A DNA stretch of 18,812 bases from positions 1 to 18,812 of the forward strand of contig CAVUHW010000003.1 in the NCBI GenBank assembly GCA_963741205.1, given 5' to 3'. Under the pieces are notes generated by a model. The model worked only from the letters and a program-made list of their open reading frames with translations. It ran no database searches and had not been told where the DNA came from. The translations under genes were made by a program, and so were the position numbers. Every line of letters begins with the position of its first letter. The stretch's first letter is position 1. Origin of the DNA: Nitrospirota bacterium. Lineage in GTDB: Bacteria; Nitrospirota; UBA9217. This document shows, piece by piece, positions 1 to 7,821 of this stretch.

Positions 1-51
1 GGTCGCGGGTGTCGCAATGACCAATCTTGCAGCGCGAGCCGTCCTCACTCC

Positions 52-159
52 GCCTCATCCTGAGGAGGAGCGAAGCGACGTCTCGAAGGATGGGGCGGCC
101 ACCGGCTTTGCGGCCATGCTTCGAGACGCATCGCTGCGCAATGCTCCTCAGCATGAGGC
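52..159. repeat. Imperfect palindromic intergenic repeat (REP/MITE-like) of the kind common in Rhizobiales/Bradyrhizobium-like genomes
   Basis: Outer arms GCCTCATCCTGAGGAG (52-67) / CTCCTCAGCATGAGGC (144-159). Inner arms CGTCTCGAAG (79-88) / CTTCGAGACG (119-128). Family assignment from memory of the motif. Confidence 0.7.
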
Positions 160-208
160 CGGGAGGGGCGGGTTGAACCACGATCTGAATCGCGGCATCC
201 TTCGCGCC

Positions 209-483
209 ATGACCGATCAGACCGCAACGATCGAAGTCGACAAAGCCACCGCGGACTTGCTTGAAGCCCGCGCCGCCGAGCGCGGCATCAGCGTTGCTCA
301 ATTGCTGACCGAGATTGCGCGTGAGAGCGGACCGGTTCCGGCTGGCGCAGGCGAAATCGCCGAGCTTGACCGCCGGTGGGCCAAGGTGGCTGCGGGTGAA
401 GCGACCGTGTCGCATGACGATGTGGTGCTGCCGCGCTCGACACCTGGGGCACACCCACGTTCAAGCCGTTCCGCGAGCAATGA
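209..483 (+). CDS. Antitoxin (CopG/RHH-like N-terminus) of a RelE/ParE type II TA pair; apparent frameshift near 427-436
   Basis: MTDQTATIEVDKATADLLEARAAERGISVAQLL...TVSHDDVV continues in another frame as LDTWGTPTFKPFREQ*. That TGA (481-483) overlaps the toxin ATG (ATGA coupling). Confidence 0.7.
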
Positions 484-785
484 ACGTCGAGTGGTCACAA
501 GACGCTCTCTCCGACCTTGATCGCTTTGCCGCTTTTCTCCATGACAAGTATCCGGCGCTTGCACCGCGCGTGGCGCTGGAGATCAAAGCCAAGGCGCAAT
601 TTCTTGCCGACTTTCCGCGATCGGGCCGTCCGCTCGCCGGCCATCAGGAGTACCGCCAGATTGTGCTGGAGGTGCTCAATGCGCGCTATGTCTTCCAGTA
701 TCGCTACGACGGCAGCCGGTTGGTGTTACTGGGTGTCTTCCATGGACGCGAATCATCTCGATGGGGGACAAGCACCAAAGCGTGA
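480..785 (+). CDS. RelE/ParE-family type II toxin
   Basis: MNVEWSQDALSDLDRFAAFL...LADFPRSGRP...YVFQYRYDGSRLVLLGVFHGRE is a typical ParE/RelE pattern. The tail after HGRE is probably read-through into foreign DNA. Confidence 0.85.
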   Translation: MNVEWSQDALSDLDRFAAFLHDKYPALAPRVALEIKAKAQFLADFPRSGRPLAGHQEYRQIVLEVLNARYVFQYRYDGSRLVLLGVFHGRESSRWGTSTKA

Positions 786-910
786 CGGCAGCACTGCAGC
801 AGAACCTCCGCTTCACGACAAACACCAGCCTGTCTCTGGACGCGCTACGGGAGCGGAGCTTTGGTGTGTACAAGACCGATATCGTGCTGCGCGGGAACTG
901 GTATTACTGA
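752..910 (+). pseudogene. Probable C-terminal fragment of an outer-membrane beta-barrel protein
   Basis: A frame not in the ORF track reads IISMGDKHQSVTAALQQNLRFTTNTSLSLDALRERSFGVYKTDIVLRGNWYY*. It has alternating beta-strand patterning and a terminal aromatic residue (beta-signal-like). Confidence 0.45.
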
Positions 911-1002
911 GCTGGCGACGCTGATCAACCGCCCTTCTTAATCGTATACCTCCAGATACGCATTAATTAAGTTTTTAATGAAAACGTTTAAAATAACGAA
1001 AA

Positions 1003-1046
1003 ACTTCACATAATAGGTGTTATGTGGATTTCCACATAACACCTAT
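1003..1046. other. dif/Xer-like 11-6-11 site overlapping a perfect hairpin
   Basis: ACTTCACATAA-TAGGTG-TTATGTGGATT (1003-1030). ATAGGTGTTATGTGGA (1013-1028) is the exact reverse complement of 1031-1046. Confidence 0.45.
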
Positions 1047-1108
1047 AAGTCTGTATCGATAATTCTGAAACAATGGTCAATATTCCCTTCTCACCTCCCG
1101 AAATTAAG

Positions 1109-1179
1109 GAAGAAAGATAAAGCTCACCGGCGGCAATAGAGTAGATCGAAATTGCCGTCGGTGGAGCTTCTAGTCGGAC
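1109..1179 (-). mobile_element. Degenerate integron attC site
   Basis: - strand: R'' GTCCGAC, 5-nt spacer, L'' GCTCCACC, stem-loop, L' GGTGAGC, 6-nt spacer, decayed R' TTTCTTC. The opposite strand folds with one extrahelical G (1163/1164). Confidence 0.6.
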
Positions 1180-1897
1180 CTATCTCCGGTTAAACCGCCA
1201 CTGGTGCCGAAGTTCTGTTCACTACCGAGTAAGCGATATATCGATGCGCCAATGAGAGCACCAACAATTGGTGCCACCCAGAAAAGCCAAAGCTGTGAAA
1301 TCGCCCAATTGCCAACAAAGACGGCAACGGCCGTACTTCGCGCAGGATTCACTGACGTGTTTGTAACCGGTATGCTAATCAGATGGATGAGAGTCAGGCA
1401 CAAGCCAATTGCAATCGGCGCTAAACCTTGTGGCGCCCGTTTGTCAGTGGCGCCAAGAATGACAATGAGAAACATCATGGTCATGACCACTTCAGTTACG
1501 AGGGCAGCCAGTAAACTATACCCCCCGGTGAATGGGCACCGTAGCCGTTTGAAGCAAAACCTGCGGATAGCTCAAAGCCCGCCTTTCCACTGGCGATGAG
1601 ATACAGGACACCGCCTGCAACAACTCCCCCCAAGACCTGCGCAACGATGTAGGGCAGCAGTTCTCTGGCTGGAAAACGACCGCCGGCCCAGAGACCAAAC
1701 GATACTGCCGGATTTAGATGACAGCCTGATATGTGGCCGATGGCAAAGGCCATCGTGAGCACAGTCAGTCCAAATGCCAGTGCAACACCAAGAAGCCCGA
1801 TTCCAACATTTGGAAACGCAGCAGCTAAAACAGCACTACCGCACCCACCAAGAACCAGCCAGAAGGTTCCAATAAACTCTGCGCCATACTTGTTCAT
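1170..1897 (-). CDS. aqpZ: Aquaporin Z; one-base deletion in the C6 run at 1521-1526 splits it into two ORFs
   Basis: [33 protein letters not shown] and NTSVNPARS (two NPA boxes). Adding one G restores [27 protein letters not shown]. Confidence 0.95.
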
Positions 1898-1926
1898 AGT
1901 TTCCTCCTTTGCCTCGTTGATTAGCC

Positions 1927-1945
1927 GCTCGACATCTTATTAAGC
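1927..1945 (-). mobile_element. attI-like 7-5-7 core site just upstream of aqpZ
   Basis: GCTTAAT-AAGAT-GTCGAGC on the - strand, about 30 bp before the aqpZ ATG. The core is GTC rather than GTT. Confidence 0.3.
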
Positions 1946-2022
1946 GACACATATATATGTGCCACGCATACCGCAGTCAACAGCTGTGCCTGTTAATTAT
2001 TCTGGAGGCGCATGCTACTCGT

Positions 2023-3537
2023 CTACTGATTCTTGCCCGGCACGACCTGCTCGCGTGCCTTGTTCTGCTTCGCCTGGGCCTCGAGCATCAATTTGTAGGC
2101 GGCATAGTATTTGTATATGTTTCGAACGTAGGTCGTAGTCTCGATGCCTATCTTCTGCGCGGTCACAACCTCAACGTTGTTAAACCAGGTGTTCGGGTCG
2201 AGTCCGCGCTTTTCAGCTATCTTGCGCATCCTCGAGATTTTAGCCGGACCGGCATTGTAGCTCGCAAAGGCGAAGAGTGTGCGGTTCTGCTCGTCGAAGT
2301 CGGCATCGGGAAAGTAACGTGTCATGAGCTGGTTCATGTATTTCGCACCGGCCTGAATATTGGGCTCAGCTACCTTGATGTCTCCCACATTCAGTTCAGC
2401 TCCGGTTTCCGGCATGATTTGCATGATGCCTATGGCGCCGGCTTCGCTGCGCTTGCTCTGGTTCAGGGTGGACTCCTGGTAACCCTGAGCAGCAAGCATC
2501 AACGGGTCAAACTGGTACTTGTGCCCATACTTTTCAAACAGGGCGATTGTCTTTTCGAATCGCTTCCACGCCGCGGTGCCTGTAGGGTTCTTGAGCTGCT
2601 TAACGCGCTTATAGTATGACTGCAGGCGGTAGGCGATGATTCCCTGTTTCTTCACATAGTTCTTGTTGAAGTCACGGATTTCAGCTTCGAGCTTAGGACT
2701 GCCTTTTCGGACTGCCCAACCTATCCGTCCGCCGCTTCGGAACACGATGTCATCCCTTATCTTAATCTTCGGCAGGACTTGCGCCCAGATTCTTGCCATC
2801 CAGTCATCGACGACGATGAACTCAAAGAGTCCGGCGTTGAGCATCTCCATCATATCCTCATCCTCAAGGGCATCGGGAACGAGGACAATCTTGACCGGTT
2901 CTTTCTTCTCCTGCTCAAAACGCCTGTTGAGGGACACAAGGCTCTCGTAATAGCTTGAGGACCTGCGGACGTAGATCGTCTTGCCGGCAACGTCATCAAG
3001 ACCGCTGACAGCAGGCGATGTCGGCCCGGCCACCAGGACCTCGTTCACGCTCGGCAGGTCCTCCGGCACGACAAAGTCCACCGTCTCCAGGCGATCCTCC
3101 GTCACGGTGAGGTTGCCGGCGGCTATGTCAGAAAGTCCCTTTGCCAAGTCTGTGAGCAGTCTATCACGCGTTTCCGGAATGATAATCACTGTCAATGGAC
3201 GTTTGCCGATTTTCTTTTTGTATTTCTTGTTGAGGTAGTTCTCGAAGTCGCGTATTTGGTCCGCAGTAATACCGCGTTCGCGCCCCTTATCATTGAAGTA
3301 TAGAGTGCGGGTATACGGCACGAACACCCGTATCAACCGGGACTCCAGCATCATGTCGAAGTCCCCTGTTTTTTCTTTGTTAAGGAGCGGCAAGCCGCGC
3401 AGTTGCTTTTGATCTTCCTTGGCCGGCATCGCGGGCTTGCCAGCCTTTTGACCAAAAGTCGAGGACGGTACGACGAGGGCGACCAGAACAGCAAGCCCAA
3501 ATAGCAATCCGTATATGCGTCCTTTGCTTTCCACCAT
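2023..3537 (-). CDS. mltF: MltF-like lytic transglycosylase (substrate-binding domain + SLT domain)
   Basis: Signal peptide, DIAAGNLTVT and VRRSSSY binding-domain motifs, and SLT motifs QES...GAIGIMQIMP...ASYNAGP...ETTTYV. ATG at 3537 preferred over the upstream GTG. Confidence 0.88.
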   Translation of the reverse strand: MVESKGRIYGLLFGLAVLVALVVPSSTFGQKAGKPAMPAKEDQKQLRGLPLLNKEKTGDFDMMLESRLIRVFVPYTRTLYFNDKGRERGITADQIRDFENYLNKKYKKKIGKRPLTVIIIPETRDRLLTDLAKGLSDIAAGNLTVTEDRLETVDFVVPEDLPSVNEVLVAGPTSPAVSGLDDVAGKTIYVRRSSSYYESLVSLNRRFEQEKKEPVKIVLVPDALEDEDMMEMLNAGLFEFIVVDDWMARIWAQVLPKIKIRDDIVFRSGGRIGWAVRKGSPKLEAEIRDFNKNYVKKQGIIAYRLQSYYKRVKQLKNPTGTAAWKRFEKTIALFEKYGHKYQFDPLMLAAQGYQESTLNQSKRSEAGAIGIMQIMPETGAELNVGDIKVAEPNIQAGAKYMNQLMTRYFPDADFDEQNRTLFAFASYNAGPAKISRMRKIAEKRGLDPNTWFNNVEVVTAQKIGIETTTYVRNIYKYYAAYKLMLEAQAKQNKAREQVVPGKNQ

Positions 3538-3790
3538 AGGTTTTTCCTTCCACGTTTGTCGATTCTTTGGAACGATACTTTTCACATAATAATAATTATC
3601 TAGAATAGATATTTACTGAGATGGACATCGTAAATTCATGCTGCTGGTTTTGTAGTTTTGTAAATAGGAACAACAAAGATTCAGAAAGTTATATATTACC
3701 GAGAGACTCTATACATTCAGCAGTATAACAGAAATAATTTATTTTTTGTAATCTACTCAAAACAGCCCCCCCTGCTAAGGATATATCCCG

Positions 3791-5545
3791 TTAACCATCC
3801 TCTTTTAGCGGCGATGCGTCGTTTCGTGCTTTTAACTCAATACCTCCTGGATCTTTCGTAATATACATGGTCTGGGAAGGAAAGGCGAAACTGGTCCCAG
3901 TGGATTCTATAATGCCCATCAGACGGATGAGGAGGTCTTCCTGCACCGCCAGAAAGCCTTCCCAATTCGGCGTCAACACATATGCGAGAACATCAATATC
4001 GAGCGAAAAATCACCAAATCGAACAAAGCGTGTGCGGTGAGTTGCAGGCTCCACGCCGGGATATTCGGACAGCATTGTTCGAATCTCCTTAAGGACATGT
4101 TGCAGTTGCTCCGCCGTTGTTTCATACCGCAAACCGAATTTATGACGGAAAAGAAATTTATCCCGGTGCGCCAAATTCTCGATGTTCATTGCAGAGAATT
4201 GACCATTTGGAATAGTGACAAGGGTACGATTGAGGGTTCGGATGCGGGTGGAGCGAAGACCGATACTTTCCACGGTTCCCTCGATGTCGCCCGCCAGGCA
4301 GAAGTCGCCCACTCGGATGGGCTGGTCAGTGATCACCATAATGGTGCCAAAGAGATTCTCGATCGTCTTCTGTGAAGCGAAAGCAATGGCAACTCCACCG
4401 ATGCTCAGTCCTGCAATGGCAGTCGTTAATTCGAAGCCTAGCTGCCTCAAGATCAGCAGCAGGCCAAATACCACCAACAAACCCTGTACAAGCCACGTAA
4501 TTATTTCAACGAGAATGATCTGGTTCAGTAACTGGGTCTGTTTAATCCGGGCAATTTGTACTCTCCTCGCGAGCTTCGTCAATCGACTCAATAGCCACGT
4601 GAGAGCCATTATCATCAGCACGGTGCCGGCGCCAAACCAAAAAATGCGTAAATGAAGATATGCGCTTAACGGGGACAGGATGCGGAGCAAAAGGGCAAAT
4701 ATCAACACCGTGATCGGCATGGTCAACCATGCTGCATCGCTCTCGGTGAGATTGTTGATACGGCGCAGGACCGGCGGGCGAACAATTCTGACAATCACAC
4801 GGGCGAGCAGCCACGAAAACACCAGCAGGAGCGGTAATATAAACAAGATGAAGATCCAATGAGGGAGCGGTAAAAACGCTATTCGGGTTCCCCAAAACTT
4901 CTTAGGAAATATCCTTTCGACGAGGGGCGGATTGAGTTGCTCTGCCGCTTCGGGTATGCTGCGCAGAGTTTCAGAAGAAAACAACCAGATCGGTGCTGCC
5001 CCTTTTTGATCAACGCGGTGCAGCAGAAGATCCAGGCTTTCTTCCTCATATTTTGCCGTGCCCACCTTTTCCAGATTGGGGGAAAGACTGTCGTCCAGAT
5101 TTCCCTCCGGCTTTCTGCTCAAGGTGTCTGGGTTGATATTCGCGCCACGGTTCAATACGATGTTCAGAAGGCGGACAAGTTCTTCTTTTTTATCCTTGGA
5201 CAGCCGGCTCTCAAGGTACTCGGCGGCACGCTGATAATCCTCCTTTTCCGCTGCCATGAGAAAACCCATGACAGTACCGAAGGGCGTGCTCCGGCCGAAT
5301 GGATCCTCACTCACTGCTTGTGGTTCTGTCGGCTTATTGACCGGGCCTGATACCGATGCCGGGACGGGGGCCGCAAAAGTCCTTTCCGTGAAGAAAACGG
5401 TTAATAAAAACGACAGGATGCAGAAAAGGAGAGCGACGGATATAAAAGGTTGGACTATTTTCAAAAGGCGTTCACTGCGCGAAATGCGCCCTGTTTTTTC
5501 CCCATCGTAGCCGGTTGATATTCGCTTTATTTTACTGGAGTTCAT
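3791..5545 (-). CDS. MscS-family mechanosensitive channel with an extended periplasmic N-terminal domain
   Basis: AGLSIGGVAIAFASQKTIENLFG...PIRVGDFC...GTVESIGLRSTRIRTLNRTLVTIPN...FAFPSQT; several TM helices. Confidence 0.93.
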   Translation of the reverse strand: MNSSKIKRISTGYDGEKTGRISRSERLLKIVQPFISVALLFCILSFLLTVFFTERTFAAPVPASVSGPVNKPTEPQAVSEDPFGRSTPFGTVMGFLMAAEKEDYQRAAEYLESRLSKDKKEELVRLLNIVLNRGANINPDTLSRKPEGNLDDSLSPNLEKVGTAKYEEESLDLLLHRVDQKGAAPIWLFSSETLRSIPEAAEQLNPPLVERIFPKKFWGTRIAFLPLPHWIFILFILPLLLVFSWLLARVIVRIVRPPVLRRINNLTESDAAWLTMPITVLIFALLLRILSPLSAYLHLRIFWFGAGTVLMIMALTWLLSRLTKLARRVQIARIKQTQLLNQIILVEIITWLVQGLLVVFGLLLILRQLGFELTTAIAGLSIGGVAIAFASQKTIENLFGTIMVITDQPIRVGDFCLAGDIEGTVESIGLRSTRIRTLNRTLVTIPNGQFSAMNIENLAHRDKFLFRHKFGLRYETTAEQLQHVLKEIRTMLSEYPGVEPATHRTRFVRFGDFSLDIDVLAYVLTPNWEGFLAVQEDLLIRLMGIIESTGTSFAFPSQTMYITKDPGGIELKARNDASPLKEDG

Positions 5546-5785
5546 TTGCTTTGTTTCCTCCCTTTTCTAAAATTACGCTGCAGGTCCGGTTCTGCTGTAC
5601 TGTCTTGCTGCAGAGCAGCTAAATACGAGGGGTACTTCGGTCTAAGTGATTAGAATATAGCAAATACCACGAAAAAGTGCTGATCATAAGATAATAAATG
5701 GGGGTGCTATTAAGCTATATAAGTGCCGAGAGATCCATGCAATAAATACAAGATGCGACGTGCACCATTGATTGTTGCTACGAAT

Positions 5786-6002
5786 TGAGCCTCCCCCGAT
5801 TTGATGAACATTCCGGAAAGTTTTAACGTCGTACAAGGAGGCCGGCATGGGAGGAAAGATAGGTCATCGTCAGTTTAGTAGGGAGTTTAAAAGAATGGCT
5901 CTTCAACTGGTGATGAGAAAAGGCGTTTCCATGGGGAAAGTAGCCCGGGATCTTGGTATTCATCCGAATTTGATTCAGCAGCCGGTGGTTTCTGCCACAT
6001 AA
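5786..6002 (+). pseudogene. IS3-family remnant: left end plus truncated OrfA (HTH)
   Basis: TG-initiated end TGAGCCTCCCCCG at 5786, RBS AAGGAGG, and ORF 5847-6002 MGGKIGHRQFSREFKRMALQLVMRKGVSMGKVARDLGIHPNLI. Cut off at about 5985. Confidence 0.75.
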
Positions 6003-6007
6003 CCGTC

Positions 6008-6039
6008 AAAAAAAAGACCTATTCAATCGTGAATAGGCC
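6008..6039 (-). terminator. Intrinsic terminator downstream of tRNA fragment copy 1
   Basis: - strand GGCCTATTCA-CGAT-TGAATAGGTC followed by T8. Confidence 0.8.
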
Positions 6040-6056
6040 ATTAACCCTTGATTTTA

Positions 6057-6104
6057 TGGTGCCCCTGGGGTGACTCGAACACCCGGCACGCGGTTTAGGA
6101 AACC
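6057..6104 (-). tRNA. 3' half of tRNA-Arg(CCT), att core, not a functional tRNA (copy 1)
   Basis: GGTTTCCTAAACCGCGTGCCGGGTGTTCGAGTCACCCCAGGGGCACCA: anticodon CCT, T-arm GTTCGA, CCA end. No D-arm or 5' acceptor strand. Confidence 0.85.
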
Positions 6105-6153
6105 TGATTCTCTCATGCAAATCGTTGATTTCTCATGCTGGAAGCCGGCCGAG

Positions 6154-6466
6154 TTAGTCGGCCAGGATGTCGGCTTCCCCGGTCGCCGAAATCGTCTTCC
6201 ACAGCGTTACCTCTTGGAGAGAAATCAGATAGGGTTGCTGGACAGCAATTTGATCCGCCAGCAACCCGGCGCGGCCGGTGAAGTCGGAAGCCAGGAGTTC
6301 GTTATAGGTAAGTTGGGTCGTAAGAATCGGATCTGTGAACGGCAAAAAAGTACAGTAAGATCTGTTCCCGCATCCATGTTCTGGGTCATGACGTCTACCA
6401 CGCGCTTGTCGCTGTCGGCTACCGCAGGCGAAATGGTCAAGCTGAGCGTGAGGATCGCGATTAACA
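6154..6466 (-). pseudogene. N-terminal fragment of a secreted endonuclease/exonuclease/phosphatase (EEP) family protein
   Basis: Signal-like LLIAILTLSLTISPAVA, then VMTQNMDAGTDL...DFTGRAGLLADQIAVQQPYLISLQEV. No start codon, frameshift at about 6345, and it ends next to the att arm. Confidence 0.6.
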
Positions 6467-6489
6467 GCTACGCGTCGACCTATCCCCAG

Positions 6490-7065
6490 TTAGTGTACCA
6501 AGTGGAGAGTTGTATTTTGGGCTTGAATTGCCTCTGGAGCCGGGCGTTCCACCAACAATCTGGCGCGCTCAAGAACCTCGGGTGATACGGCAGCCATATT
6601 GTCCATTACACTCGACATCTGAACATCTGGGGATGTATAGATGCGGCTGAAACCGGACTGCAGTTGCAAGTAGAACTCGGGGCGCTCTTCCGCCGGAATC
6701 CTCAGTAGCTCGGCGAAGGCATCGAGTGTCTCGCCGCGGCCCTGGGCGATATCACGGGCCAGATTGTCCATGTTGGCCGCCATAAATTCATTTACCTGAT
6801 CACTGCTTGCAAACTTCTTTGGCTTCTGGCATTCAGCCGAACCAGCAGTAATGCCAACAGTAGGTACGACAGACAACGGCGGGAAGAAATTTAAGAATGC
6901 TTGGACCGCCTGGAGCAGAGCTGAATCATTGGCGTTGTCCTTGAACAGCATCGTCCCGAGACCGCATCCCGTGTTGTTCTGTGCTGTTCCTGCGGACGCC
7001 ACACTATCAAGCATGATCGAAACTACTGCAGCTGTCAAAAAAACCGCGACGATAAGCTTTTTCAT
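6490..7065 (-). CDS. DUF3015-family exported protein
   Basis: Signal peptide, TGCGLG, GITAGSAEC, FMAANMDNLARDIAQGRGETLDAFAELL. RBS AAGGAGG before ATG 7065. Confidence 0.85.
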   Translation of the reverse strand: MKKLIVAVFLTAAVVSIMLDSVASAGTAQNNTGCGLGTMLFKDNANDSALLQAVQAFLNFFPPLSVVPTVGITAGSAECQKPKKFASSDQVNEFMAANMDNLARDIAQGRGETLDAFAELLRIPAEERPEFYLQLQSGFSRIYTSPDVQMSSVMDNMAAVSPEVLERARLLVERPAPEAIQAQNTTLHLVH

Positions 7066-7124
7066 ATACGCCTCCTTTGCATTGGATAACGATAAAGACA
7101 TTGAAGCAAGACTGACCGTAGTTG

Positions 7125-7192
7125 TAAAGCCATGCTTCCCGGACCGTGTGCGCATGTGAACCCATCTCACAAGGGGTTTGGCTTTATCGGGG
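7125..7192 (-). ncRNA. Possible decayed c-di-GMP-I (GEMM) riboswitch upstream of DUF3015
   Basis: CGATAAAGCCAAACCCCTT-GTGA-GATGGG resembles the GEMM 5' half with a GNRA loop. The expected GACGNAAAGC and P3 are poorly preserved. Confidence 0.25.
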
Positions 7193-7525
7193 TCTAACAA
7201 TTGACGGATACTGAGAAATTGATCAGTAAAATATAACACAAATCATAAGCGGGCATCGATAATTAATGAAGGTATTTTTAGGGGATTGCACAAAGTGGTA
7301 ATATGTAGCAGATGAAACTTTGATTATTGCGAAGAATTGAAACTCCAACATTCCAGGAAGACTCACGCGCTGAATGTGAAGATAGACGATATCGATACAC
7401 CGGGTTGATACTAATCCCCGGTCTGCGGTGTTACAACCGCGTTCCTCCATAATTTATTTAGTTGATATTATAGAGCATTTTTGCAATTTTTATGATTTCA
7501 TGGCAGTTTCTGCCACATTATTTCC

Positions 7526-7557
7526 AAAAAAAAGACCTATTCAATCGTGAATAGGCC
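7526..7557 (-). terminator. Intrinsic terminator downstream of tRNA fragment copy 2
   Basis: Same hairpin and T8 as 6008-6039. Confidence 0.8.
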
Positions 7558-7574
7558 TTAACTAATTGATTTTA

Positions 7575-7622
7575 TGGTGCCCCTGGGGTGACTCGAACAC
7601 CCGGCACGCGGTTTAGGAAACC
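7575..7622 (-). tRNA. 3' half of tRNA-Arg(CCT), att core (copy 2)
   Basis: 48 bp identical to 6057-6104; 5' half absent. Confidence 0.85.
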
Positions 7623-7821
7623 TGATCCTCTCACACAAATCATTGATTTCTCATGCTGGAATCTCGTGGGAACTGATGGAATTTATCGTTTTTTAGCGTA
7701 AAGATGGCAGAAAAGTGGCAGAAACATTTGTTACAATATTCTGCAGTGACGATATCTTTTTAGCAACCCATGAACGCATCATTCGAGCAGCTGGCGAAAT
7801 AACTTAACCCTTAACTTAAAT

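Larger units (their letters stand above)
5988..6143 (-). repeat. att-like direct repeat copy 1 (about 156 bp)
   Basis: Aligns with 7506-7661 at an offset of 1518 bp. Core identical, flanks with scattered mismatches. Confidence 0.9.
7501..7723 (-). repeat. att-like direct repeat copy 2, with putative integrase arm sites and IHF sites
   Basis: TGGCAGAA at 7705-7712 and 7716-7723, inverted at 7508-7515. WATCAANNNNTTR matches on the - strand at 7559-7571 and 7636-7648. Confidence 0.85.

Noticed and set aside
17-520. 167-aa ORF as the true antitoxin
   Set aside because: Its N-terminus runs through a palindromic repeat and its C-terminus is out of frame; 209-483 fits better.
1957-5510. Plus-strand ORFs opposite mltF and mscS
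   Set aside because: Antisense shadows with no recognisable motifs.
6070-6585. 171-aa plus-strand ORF
   Set aside because: It starts inside the tRNA fragment and is antisense to the EEP remnant and DUF3015.
6057-7622. Functional tRNA genes or a CRISPR array
   Set aside because: The 5' tRNA half is missing in both copies, and two repeats 1.5 kb apart are not an array.
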